Shown: in pieces, positions 47,660-56,159 of the stretch
Position numbering within the stretch: the first letter of the stretch is position 1
Layout of the letters: every line of letters starts with the position of its first letter
DNA from: an uncultured SAR86 cluster bacterium
GTDB taxonomy: Bacteria > Pseudomonadota > Gammaproteobacteria > Magnimaribacterales > AG-339-G14
Direction: 5' to 3'
Length of the DNA stretch: 64,000 bases
NCBI GenBank assembly: GCA_902566305.1
Contig: CACFIK010000005.1
Coordinates: 10,779 to 74,778, forward strand
Position numbers and translations under genes: made by a program
Notes under the pieces: generated by a model
The model's database searches: none
What the model saw: only the letters and a program-made list of their open reading frames with translations
Told to the model about the DNA's origin: nothing

Positions 47660-48394
47660 ATGAATTTTTTTTCATTTCTTACTGAAAACCCAGAATTATT
47701 ATGGGTTTTTACAGTTTTTTATGATCTATCTATAACGGTTGTTCTATTTAAATTGTTTGGCTTAAGAGGTCTGTATATTGCAGTAACACTCGGAATAATG
47801 CTTGCTAATCTTCAAGGTGGAAAGGTCAGTGATCTCAATATCTTAGGCCAAACCTTTACTGTAAGTATGGGAGCCATAATGTACTCAGGCATTTATTTTG
47901 CTACAGACTTAATTAGCGAAAAGTATGGAAGAAGAGAAGCAAATACAGCTGTTATATTAGGTGCGATTTCAAATATTGTGATTATGTTTACTCTTGTTTT
48001 AAGCACTTACTATCTTCCTTCTCAAATTGCCTCATCTTCTAATTCTATTCATCAAGCAATTGAAACTTTGGCACTATATTCTCCCATTTTCGTCATTGGA
48101 TCGATTTCTGCTTATCTAATCAGTCAAACTTTCGATGTGTGGTTGTTTAATAAAATTAAGGATATAACAGATGGAAAATATTTATGGTTAAGAAATAATC
48201 TCTCAACCTTATCTTCACAGGCGTTAGACACATTTATTTATACTTTTGTTTGGGTGATAGCTGGTGAGCTGTCATTTGTTGTTGCTCTTTCAATAGCATT
48301 AACTAAATACGTTTTTAAGGTCATAATTGCTCTACTAGATACCATATTTATTTACTTTGTAAGAAATTGGACTCCGTCTTATGAAAAAAATTAA
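47660..48394 (+). CDS. yhhQ: Queuosine-precursor transporter (YhhQ/VUT family)
   Basis: 244 aa, about 6 TM segments. Family-like blocks YSGIYFATDLISEKYGRREA and SQALDTFIY. Confidence 0.7.
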   Translation: MNFFSFLTENPELLWVFTVFYDLSITVVLFKLFGLRGLYIAVTLGIMLANLQGGKVSDLNILGQTFTVSMGAIMYSGIYFATDLISEKYGRREANTAVILGAISNIVIMFTLVLSTYYLPSQIASSSNSIHQAIETLALYSPIFVIGSISAYLISQTFDVWLFNKIKDITDGKYLWLRNNLSTLSSQALDTFIYTFVWVIAGELSFVVALSIALTKYVFKVIIALLDTIFIYFVRNWTPSYEKN

Positions 48395-49232
48395 AAAGAT
48401 AGCAATTGTTTTCTCAGGAACAAGAAAAACCGATAAAGCTTTATCCGAAGCCAAAGAAATAATTTTTCAAGCAAATTCAGATTTAGTTTGTTCGGTCAAT
48501 GTCAATAAAATTAAAGCAGTAGATAAAAATAAAATCTCAAAAGCAGATTTAATATTAGTTTTTGGCGGAGATGGAACCATGATTGGTTCTGTGAGAAGTC
48601 TTCATTCACTAAATATCCCATTTCTGGGAGTAAATTCTGGAACAGTTGGTTTTTTGACGGATCTATCAATTAGTAAAATCGATGGTTTAGCTGACATTTT
48701 GAAAGGTAATTATTTAAAAGAAAATCGATCAATTTTTGAGGCATCTACTTCGCCTGGTAGAAAAGAAATTTTCTTAAATGAAGTTGTTATTCATTCTGGA
48801 TCAGTAACAAAAATGATTGAGTTTGAGTTAAGTATAAAAAATCAAGTAATTTATAACTTAAAAGCTGATGGCATAATTATATCTTCCAGTACTGGCTCAA
48901 CTGCTTACTCATACTCAGGTGGAGGACCAATTATTTCACCTAAATTAGACGCACTATCTTTATTACCTATGTTTTCACATAGCTCTTCCTCTCATAGCCT
49001 TTTATTATCAAATAAAGAAGAAGTTACTGTAAAAATTAAAAATAAAAATACAGACAGCATTCAAATTTTTATGGATGGCAAAAAAAATCTTAAATATTCA
49101 AAAAAAGGACTTAAAGTAACCAGTACCAAAAAAACTTTTAAACTTTATCATCCGAAAGACTATAATTACTTCGAAGCGTGCAGAACAAAGCTAGGTTGGG
49201 CTATACCAATTGAGAAATATAAAGATGATTAG
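48381..49232 (+). CDS. nadK: NAD kinase
   Basis: 283 aa. GGDGT motif (LVFGGDGTMIG) and TGSTAYSYSGGGPI block. Confidence 0.9.
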   Translation: MKKIKKIAIVFSGTRKTDKALSEAKEIIFQANSDLVCSVNVNKIKAVDKNKISKADLILVFGGDGTMIGSVRSLHSLNIPFLGVNSGTVGFLTDLSISKIDGLADILKGNYLKENRSIFEASTSPGRKEIFLNEVVIHSGSVTKMIEFELSIKNQVIYNLKADGIIISSSTGSTAYSYSGGGPIISPKLDALSLLPMFSHSSSSHSLLLSNKEEVTVKIKNKNTDSIQIFMDGKKNLKYSKKGLKVTSTKKTFKLYHPKDYNYFEACRTKLGWAIPIEKYKDD

Positions 49233-51816
49233 AGCAATAAGTCCAAATTTATTTGTATCACTATTGTGCTTTTTATTAAGTTCTAACCCTTTAATATCTC
49301 AAACTCAACAAGATCTTGAGTTCCTTAATCTTCTTCCTAATAATCAGGCAACCTCTATTGCTGAAAAACTTGGTGTGCAAACTGGAAAACCCATTTCAGA
49401 TGAAGTTGTAATGGATACATTCGATCCACCTCAATTTTCAAGCATCGAAGCCAAAAATTTAGATGAAATTGATACAGACGAAAATAAAAAAGAATTGTCT
49501 ACATTTGGAATGAATTTATTCAAAGATTCTCCAACTACTTTTGCTCCAATTGATTTAGCGCCAGCCCCAAAAGAATATGTAATTGGACCAGGAGATGAAC
49601 TTCGCATCCAGTTATTTGGAACGATAAATATTAATAGAGTCATTCCAGTAAATAGAGAAGGAAATGTTGTAATACCAGAAGTCGGAGTGATTTCTGTATC
49701 TGGTTTACTATTTAACGAAGTGATTAATAAAATTAAATCTACGATTGATTCAACTCTTATCGGAGTTAATTCTGAAGTATCTCTATCAAAAATAAGATCT
49801 ATTCAGGTATTTGTTCTGGGAAATTCTTTTAGTCCGGGAGCTTACACCATAAGTTCACTTTCAAACATTTCAAATATTTTATTTGTTTCAGGCGGACCAG
49901 ATGAAAATGGCACTTTGAGAAATATAAAAATAAAGAGAGATGGAAATGAAATTAGCTCTTTTGATTTTTATGATCTCTTAGTAAACGGAATAGTTAGTTC
50001 TGATACTAGACTTCAGTCAAATGACGCAATTGTCATAGAGCCAATTGGAAAGAGAGTAAAACTTTTTGGAGCAGTTAAAAAAGAAGCCTTTTATGAGCTA
50101 AAAGAAGAAGAAAATTTCAGTGATTTATTGAATTTTGCTTCAGGATTTTCGAATATTGCAGACAAACAAAGAATTACAATCAGCACTTTAAAAGAAAATG
50201 GAGAACGTTTCTTTGTGAATTATAATTACGAAGATCTTGAATCAGTAAAACTATATGATGGCGATGAAGTTTTTGTACACAAACTATCAAATACTCCTCG
50301 CAATATAATTAGAATCATTGGAGAACTTGCATCCTCTGGATCAGTTGCATATGAAGAGGGCATAACTATCTCTGACGTTATCAAATCTGAGTCATTTTTA
50401 GAAACCACTTACACACCATTTGCAATAATTGAGAGAGAGAATTCTTATGGTTCGAAAAGTTTACTTAAAGCAAATCTTTTATCAACGGATCAAAATGAAA
50501 TAAATTTGAGACCTAACGATATTATTTATGTTTTATCAAGAAAAGACGTAAATTTTCTAAATTCAATTCTGGTAGCAGATGCTTTAAATTTACTAAAAAA
50601 GAAAGATTCCAATCTTTTATCTAATTATTTCAATTCTAGAAATCTTGATAGATTTCAGTGTAAGTCTCTTCAAATTCTAGCCAGACATTCCGCTTCTTCA
50701 TCTATAAAATTTGTAAGTTCAAAATACTTACCAAATCCCAATTTAAATCCAATAGATCAGCTTGAGTTTATTGATGAGTGCCCGGCTATATTTGAGTCAA
50801 AACCTTATTTGATTATTTTTACTTTAGAAAATTCTTCTGTAATTTCAGGAGAAGTTAGAAATCCTGGTATCTATCCATCTTATAAAGTTTCCTCTGCAAA
50901 AAACTTACTTTCTTTTGCTGGAGGATCTACAGAGAAATCATCCGGAATGATGGATATTTTCACAGATGAGGGCAAATCCATAAAGATTGATATTAAAGAC
51001 GATCAAGCATTGCAAGCCATAGGCATCAAATCTAGTTTCTACGCAAATTTAGCGGCAAAATCTAATAAAGAAATATTTTCTGTTTCTTTAGAAGGAGCCT
51101 TTGTTAGCCCAGGAATTTATGGAGTTCAACAAGGCGAGAGACTTTCAGACGTTATTAAAAGGGCAGGAGGCTATAAGGATAATGCATACACGTATGGTGG
51201 AATATTGGCTAGAAAGTCAGTAGCAGAAAAAGAAAAACTTGCTTTCATGAGGTCTGCAGATCAACTTGAGCAGTCTATTGCAACCGCTATTTCAAGCGGA
51301 AGAATATCCTCTGTAGGTGGAGATCCAACTCTTGCACTAACATCTATCTCCAATCTTATTTCTAATTTACAAGATATTGATCCAATAGGTAGGGTCGTAA
51401 CTGAATTCGATTTTGATCTTCTTGAAAGGTCTCCTGAGAAGGACCTCCTCCTTGAACCAGGAGATAGAATATTTATACCTGAAAGATCTTCAACAATAAC
51501 TGTATCAGGTCAAGTATTGTCTCCAACTAGCTTTAGTTTTGATCCAACATATAAAGTCAAAAATTATATTGATCTTGCAGGAGGATATTCTGAAGAAGCA
51601 GATAGAAATAGGACTCTTGTAATTTATCCAAACGGAATGGCTTCAAGAGTTAGAATGTGGCCCAATTCCCCGGATCTTGCCCCAGGAACAACCCTTGTGG
51701 TTCCAAGAGATCCAAATCCTTTTGACTGGTTAGTTTTTTCTCAAGTATTGTTCCCAATTATTTCTAATTTTGCGACAAGCGCAGCAGCTATAGCTGCTTT
51801 GGGAAATAACAATTAA
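49210..51816 (+). CDS. Large polysaccharide-export periplasmic/outer-membrane protein (Wza/GfcC-like, Poly_export plus multiple SLBB domains)
   Basis: 868 aa with a signal peptide. Poly_export block YVIGPGDELRIQLFG and repeated SLBB-like segments. Start ambiguous (TTG 49210 or ATG 49225). Confidence 0.75.
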   Translation: MRNIKMIRAISPNLFVSLLCFLLSSNPLISQTQQDLEFLNLLPNNQATSIAEKLGVQTGKPISDEVVMDTFDPPQFSSIEAKNLDEIDTDENKKELSTFGMNLFKDSPTTFAPIDLAPAPKEYVIGPGDELRIQLFGTININRVIPVNREGNVVIPEVGVISVSGLLFNEVINKIKSTIDSTLIGVNSEVSLSKIRSIQVFVLGNSFSPGAYTISSLSNISNILFVSGGPDENGTLRNIKIKRDGNEISSFDFYDLLVNGIVSSDTRLQSNDAIVIEPIGKRVKLFGAVKKEAFYELKEEENFSDLLNFASGFSNIADKQRITISTLKENGERFFVNYNYEDLESVKLYDGDEVFVHKLSNTPRNIIRIIGELASSGSVAYEEGITISDVIKSESFLETTYTPFAIIERENSYGSKSLLKANLLSTDQNEINLRPNDIIYVLSRKDVNFLNSILVADALNLLKKKDSNLLSNYFNSRNLDRFQCKSLQILARHSASSSIKFVSSKYLPNPNLNPIDQLEFIDECPAIFESKPYLIIFTLENSSVISGEVRNPGIYPSYKVSSAKNLLSFAGGSTEKSSGMMDIFTDEGKSIKIDIKDDQALQAIGIKSSFYANLAAKSNKEIFSVSLEGAFVSPGIYGVQQGERLSDVIKRAGGYKDNAYTYGGILARKSVAEKEKLAFMRSADQLEQSIATAISSGRISSVGGDPTLALTSISNLISNLQDIDPIGRVVTEFDFDLLERSPEKDLLLEPGDRIFIPERSSTITVSGQVLSPTSFSFDPTYKVKNYIDLAGGYSEEADRNRTLVIYPNGMASRVRMWPNSPDLAPGTTLVVPRDPNPFDWLVFSQVLFPIISNFATSAAAIAALGNNN

Positions 51817-53932
51817 AACTAAATATTTCATCTTAGTATTAATATGGTCTGGTTTTCTGGACTCATCAATAGAAGATTACCTTTACTCTGATATTGGACC
51901 AACATCTAATATTCATGGAGAATTAGGTTTAATAAACATTCCTTCCGCAAGAATTTTAGATGAAGGTAACTTGAAACTTCATCTAGTTAACTCTGACCCA
52001 ATTAATTCTCTTTTTATCACAGCAAACCCTTTTAACTGGATGGAAGTTTCTTTGAGATATGCTGATATAAATACAATTAAATATAGCCAATTTAAGTCGT
52101 TCTCTGGAGAACAAACTTATAAGGATAAAAGCTTTAATTTAAAAATAAATCTTATAAGAGAATCTGACAGGTTTCCTGCTCTAAGTTTAGGTTTTAGAGA
52201 TTTTATTGGAACAGGTAAATTTTCTGGAGAATATCTTGTGACTTCAAAAAAAATTGGAGATTTCGACTTCTCCGTTGGAATAGGTTGGGGATCCCTTGCT
52301 AGTAGTGATGGCCTCGATAATCCTTTTATCCGGTTGGACAAATCTTTTGAAATTAGATCTTCAGATTTTGGTAAAGGAGGAGAAATAGAGTTTGATAGAT
52401 GGTTCAGAGGAAAGAAAACCTCTTCTTTTTATGGCTTTGAATATACCAATAAATACTCAGGTTTGAGATTTAAACTTGACTATGACTCTTCGAATCCTTT
52501 TTATTTCGAAAAAAAATCTGATTTCAGCTTTGGGTTATCTATACCTGCATCAAAATTTTTAGATATTAATCTTTTCCGCCATAGAGGTACTTCAATTGGA
52601 CTCGGTATTTCCTATAAAGCTAATTATTCTGAAGAATTGATTAAAAAAAATAAGCCAATAATTCTGAATAGTTTTAATGATCAAGATAAGACATTACTTA
52701 AGAGTAACGATGATGTTTTTTCGGGAACCATAAACGCAATATTGCAGAATTTTGGTATTTTTACTCAAAATATTTATCATAATGAAAATAGTCTTGAGAT
52801 AATTGTTGATCAAAATAGATATAGAAATCTTAATTTGGCTACAAAGAGATCAATCCAATCTATCAGAAATATATTAGAGACAAGAAATATCAATAAAATT
52901 TTTATCACTTATCAAGTTTCAGACGTAAATATTGGTTCAGTCTCTTTTTCACTTAAGAATTTCTTAAACTTTCTAGATAATTCATCTTCGGTCCCTGAAC
53001 TAAGGAAAAATTTACAATATGAAAATTACTATTATAAAAATGACTTAGATGAAATTTTTAAAGGTGAAATTGATTTTCCAATATATTATGGAGGTATAAG
53101 ACCTGAAATTAAAAATCATATTGGTGCGCCAGAAGCCTTTTACTCTGGACAGTTGGGACTTTTTGCAGGCGGTGGGGTGAAATTCAGTAAAAGGTCTGTT
53201 TTAGAAGGTACTTTGTCTTTGAGCCTGTTTGAAAACCTTGATCAGCTTCGATTAAGATCATTTTCAAGGCTGCCAAAAGTTAGATCTGATGTGAGAGAAT
53301 ACCTAAAAGAAGAGTACGCCATAAAAGATCTAACATATTCTTATATTTTTGATCCAATATATTCAAATAATTCCCTATTTTTTGGTGGTTTAAAGGTGGG
53401 TCTTTTTGAAGAAATGTTTGGAGGAATAGGAGGGGAAATACTTTATAGAGATATCAGTAAACCTTGGTATCTCACAGCAAATTATTATTGGGTAAAACAA
53501 AGAAAATTTAATCAGAGATTATCTTTTAGAAATTATGAGACTTTTACTGGCCATTTAAACTTTATTTGGGACACTCCTATTTCTGGAGTGAAATTAATTC
53601 TCTCTGGTGGAAGGTATTTAGCTAAAGATTCTGGTATAACAATGAACATGTCTAAAACATTTAAAACAGGATTTGTTTTAGGTTTTTATGCTACAAAAAC
53701 TGATATATCTGCCTATGAGTTTGGAGAAGGAAGTTTTGACAAAGGTATCTATTTTTCTATTCCTCTAGACTTAGTTTCTAAAAATTATAGAAAAAATAAC
53801 GCAAGGTTTGTATGGAAAAACCTTACCAGAGATGGAGGTGCAATGCTATCTGGGGGGTTGGATCTACAAGGATTTACTGAAAATACATCAAGCTATTTTC
53901 TTGACTATTTAAATGATGGATTTAATCAATGA
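51812..53932 (+). CDS. YjbH/GfcD-family outer-membrane protein; start probably a non-canonical ATT at 51812
   Basis: The ORF track starts at TTG 51971, but the frame is open from 51794. It encodes a signal-like (M)KTKYFILVLIWSGFL and the conserved GELGLINIPSARILDEGN block. There is no ATG/GTG/TTG before 51971. FSGEQTYKDKSFNLK and RDFIGTGKFSGEYLV match my recollection of E. coli YjbH. Confidence 0.65.
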   Translation: MKTKYFILVLIWSGFLDSSIEDYLYSDIGPTSNIHGELGLINIPSARILDEGNLKLHLVNSDPINSLFITANPFNWMEVSLRYADINTIKYSQFKSFSGEQTYKDKSFNLKINLIRESDRFPALSLGFRDFIGTGKFSGEYLVTSKKIGDFDFSVGIGWGSLASSDGLDNPFIRLDKSFEIRSSDFGKGGEIEFDRWFRGKKTSSFYGFEYTNKYSGLRFKLDYDSSNPFYFEKKSDFSFGLSIPASKFLDINLFRHRGTSIGLGISYKANYSEELIKKNKPIILNSFNDQDKTLLKSNDDVFSGTINAILQNFGIFTQNIYHNENSLEIIVDQNRYRNLNLATKRSIQSIRNILETRNINKIFITYQVSDVNIGSVSFSLKNFLNFLDNSSSVPELRKNLQYENYYYKNDLDEIFKGEIDFPIYYGGIRPEIKNHIGAPEAFYSGQLGLFAGGGVKFSKRSVLEGTLSLSLFENLDQLRLRSFSRLPKVRSDVREYLKEEYAIKDLTYSYIFDPIYSNNSLFFGGLKVGLFEEMFGGIGGEILYRDISKPWYLTANYYWVKQRKFNQRLSFRNYETFTGHLNFIWDTPISGVKLILSGGRYLAKDSGITMNMSKTFKTGFVLGFYATKTDISAYEFGEGSFDKGIYFSIPLDLVSKNYRKNNARFVWKNLTRDGGAMLSGGLDLQGFTENTSSYFLDYLNDGFNQ

Positions 53933-54579
53933 AAATTAAATCATTCATACCTTTATTATTAGTAATATTTTTTCTAGGATGTTCAAGTTCAAGTATTTAC
54001 AGAGAGTTACTTGAAAATCTTGTGAATTTAATTTCTACGCCAGAAGATATTCGAAAAGAGATAATAGATGATATTCCTTACGATACCATGCAAGTTAGTA
54101 TTGGCAGATCTGAGAATACGCTGATTGTATTAGAGGAAATAAAGGGAGACAATTTTAAATGGACTTCCTCTAATTCAGTTAAGATTTATACAAGGAATGG
54201 TTTCATATTCAGGCTAACAGGACTTGGAAATGAATTAGAAAATATCGAGCTAGGCAAAAATCACCCCTTCGAAACGAATATATTTGGAAATATAGATTTT
54301 TTGAATACAACATCTTTTTACACTTTCGATAATCCAAAACTCTTTAGACTTCCAATTAAATCGAGCTTTTATTTCTTAAAAGACGAAATTATAGAAATTT
54401 TAGGAAGTCAAGTTAATACAAAAGTTTATAAGGAATCTGTGGAAGAGAATCTCATTAATTGGAATTTCGATAATTTTTATTGGATTGATGAAAGAGGCAA
54501 GTTAGTTAAATCCATTCAGCATGTATCCCCTAAACACCCCCCAATAAAAACATTACATCATAATAAGCGAAAAGCCTGA
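53929..54579 (+). CDS. YjbF/GfcB-family lipoprotein
   Basis: 216 aa. Lipobox FFLGC after an MKIKSFIPLLLVI signal. ATGA overlap with the YjbH-like gene. Confidence 0.65.
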   Translation: MKIKSFIPLLLVIFFLGCSSSSIYRELLENLVNLISTPEDIRKEIIDDIPYDTMQVSIGRSENTLIVLEEIKGDNFKWTSSNSVKIYTRNGFIFRLTGLGNELENIELGKNHPFETNIFGNIDFLNTTSFYTFDNPKLFRLPIKSSFYFLKDEIIEILGSQVNTKVYKESVEENLINWNFDNFYWIDERGKLVKSIQHVSPKHPPIKTLHHNKRKA

Positions 54580-54593
54580 AAAACAGGCTTTTT
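54570..54593. terminator. Bidirectional intrinsic terminator hairpin AAAAGCCTG-AAAAA-CAGGCTTTT
   Basis: 9-bp stem and 5-nt loop, with an A-run and a T-run on either side. It lies between two convergent genes and overlaps the TGA of the lipoprotein gene. Confidence 0.75.
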
Positions 54594-54612
54594 GCTTATT
54601 GATTGGTTACTA

Positions 54613-54984
54613 TTAAGTAGAAGTTGCAGTACTAGTACTAGTAGATGTGCTAGTGCTTGTGCTAGTAGAAGTGCTTGTGCTTGTTGAAGTGGAAGTAGTA
54701 GTACCAGTGGAGGTGTCTTCTTCCTCAGTAGCAGTTTCTTCTTCAACTTCTTCCTCAACTGCTGGAGGTGTAGGTGGAAGAGCCTCTGGTAGTGCAACTT
54801 TTTCTCCATCTTGCGCATCAACAATTGCTGCAACTGCTAATACAGCTGCCGCAATAGCTGCAATTACACCGCTTGACAAAGAACCAGCAGAACCGGCAGC
54901 ATTTGATCCACCAGCGCTTTGAGAAAAAGCTATAGGACTTAATGCTAAAGCCGATGTTAAAACAAGAATTTTGATAAATTTCAT
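54613..54984 (-). CDS. Small secreted Ser/Thr/Ala-rich protein (YjbE/GfcA-like)
   Basis: 123 aa. Signal peptide MKFIKILVLTSALALSPIAFSQS, Ala-rich hydrophobic segment, acidic stretch, C-terminal (ST)n tail. SD GAGGT upstream. Confidence 0.65.
   Translation of the reverse strand: MKFIKILVLTSALALSPIAFSQSAGGSNAAGSAGSLSSGVIAAIAAAVLAVAAIVDAQDGEKVALPEALPPTPPAVEEEVEEETATEEEDTSTGTTTSTSTSTSTSTSTSTSTSTSTSTATST
54616..54717 (-). repeat. Low-complexity region encoding DTSTGTTTSTSTSTSTSTSTSTSTSTSTSTATST
   Basis: 34 codons of alternating Ser/Thr written with mixed codons (TCC, TCA, TCT, AGC, AGT / ACT, ACA). Confidence 0.9.
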
Positions 54985-55003
54985 AGTTACCTCTAAATTT
55001 TGT

Positions 55004-55018
55004 GTCTTCCGGGAAGAC
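55004..55018. other. Perfect palindrome GTCTTCC-G-GGAAGAC upstream of the Ser/Thr-rich gene
   Basis: 15-nt GC-containing palindrome in an otherwise AT-rich intergenic region, 20-34 nt upstream of the start at 54984. Confidence 0.5.
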
Positions 55019-55101
55019 TTAATAAGCTAATAATATATATCTATTACAGGATATGCAAAGCCTTTTGATACTTTTTTTGGTACATTGTCGAATATAAGAA
55101 A

Positions 55102-56121
55102 ATGTTGCGAACAATTTTAAGGCTATCTACCTCATTAATTCTCTTTATTTTTAAAAGGCTACCTCCAGAGTTTTCAAAAAAAATTTCTCTAAAGCTTCTT
55201 AGATTTTCCTTCAGATTTTTTAATCCTTTATCCTCAATTTTCTTAAATAAAAAGAAATTAACTCATAAAAAATTCCTCTTAAATGGTCTTAAATTCAGTA
55301 ACAACATAGGAATAGCAGCTGGGCTTGATAAAGAAGGAAAATATTTTTCTGCACTTGGTTCTTTAGGGTTTGGTTTTATTGAAGTCGGTACTTTTACACC
55401 TCATTCGCAAAAAGGTAATACAAAACCTAGGATAAGAAGATTAAATAATCAGTCAATTATTAATAGATTAGGATTCAATAATCCTGGGATAGTAGAAGGT
55501 ATAAAGAACATAAAAAAAAATAAACACAATTTTAAAGGTGTTCTTGGAGTTAGTATTGGTAAAAATAAAAATACAGATCTTATAGACGCTTACAAAGATT
55601 ATATTTTTTGTATGAATCATTCTTATGAAGTAGCAGATTATCTTGCGATTAATATATCTTCACCAAATACGGAAGGCTTAAGAGACCTTACTGCAGAGAA
55701 ATTTATTGAAAGGTTGATTTATGAAATTACTTCCGAGGGAAAAAGACTAGAAATAAAATTTAATAAAAAAGTTCCAATTTTTATCAAGATTTCTCCCGAC
55801 GAAAATGATGAAAGCTTATTGAATTTAGTTGGTATATGTGAGGAGCAAAATATAAATGGATTTATTATTTCCAACACTTATAAAGGCAATGCACTCGGAA
55901 TATCGGGAGGAATAAGTGGAGATATGCTTAAAGAAAAATCTTTAAACATGCTGAAAAAAGTAAATTCTTTGAGAAATAAAAATACAACCTTGATATCTTC
56001 TGGGGGTATCTCTACAAAGATTGATGTTGAAGAAAGAATGAAAAACGGAGCAGATTTGATACAAATCTATACAAGTTTTGTCTACAAAGGTCCGCTAATA
56101 TTAGAAGAATTACTAAATTAG
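55102..56121 (+). CDS. pyrD: Dihydroorotate dehydrogenase (class 2, quinone-dependent)
   Basis: 339 aa. AAGLDKEG, GFGFIEVGT, INRLGFNNPG, INISSPNT blocks and a membrane-associating N-terminus. Confidence 0.9.
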   Translation: MLRTILRLSTSLILFIFKRLPPEFSKKISLKLLRFSFRFFNPLSSIFLNKKKLTHKKFLLNGLKFSNNIGIAAGLDKEGKYFSALGSLGFGFIEVGTFTPHSQKGNTKPRIRRLNNQSIINRLGFNNPGIVEGIKNIKKNKHNFKGVLGVSIGKNKNTDLIDAYKDYIFCMNHSYEVADYLAINISSPNTEGLRDLTAEKFIERLIYEITSEGKRLEIKFNKKVPIFIKISPDENDESLLNLVGICEEQNINGFIISNTYKGNALGISGGISGDMLKEKSLNMLKKVNSLRNKNTTLISSGGISTKIDVEERMKNGADLIQIYTSFVYKGPLILEELLN

Positions 56122-56122
56122 A

Positions 56123-56152
56123 TTGACAAAAAATTCTTTTTAAAACAATACT
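56123..56152 (+). promoter_or_regulatory. Candidate sigma-70 promoter TTGACA-N18-AATACT, 7 nt upstream of the topA ATG
   Basis: Perfect -35 hexamer at 56123-56128 and a 4/6 -10 at 56147-56152. Only AAAAAAG lies before the ATG. Confidence 0.35.
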
Positions 56153-56159
56153 AAAAAAG

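Noticed and set aside
54558-54922. Alternative-frame ORFs (54558-54833 minus strand, 54647-54922 plus strand) over the Ser/Thr/Ala-rich gene.
   Set aside because: These are low-complexity artefacts. Only the 54613-54984 minus frame has an SD, a signal peptide and a sensible architecture.
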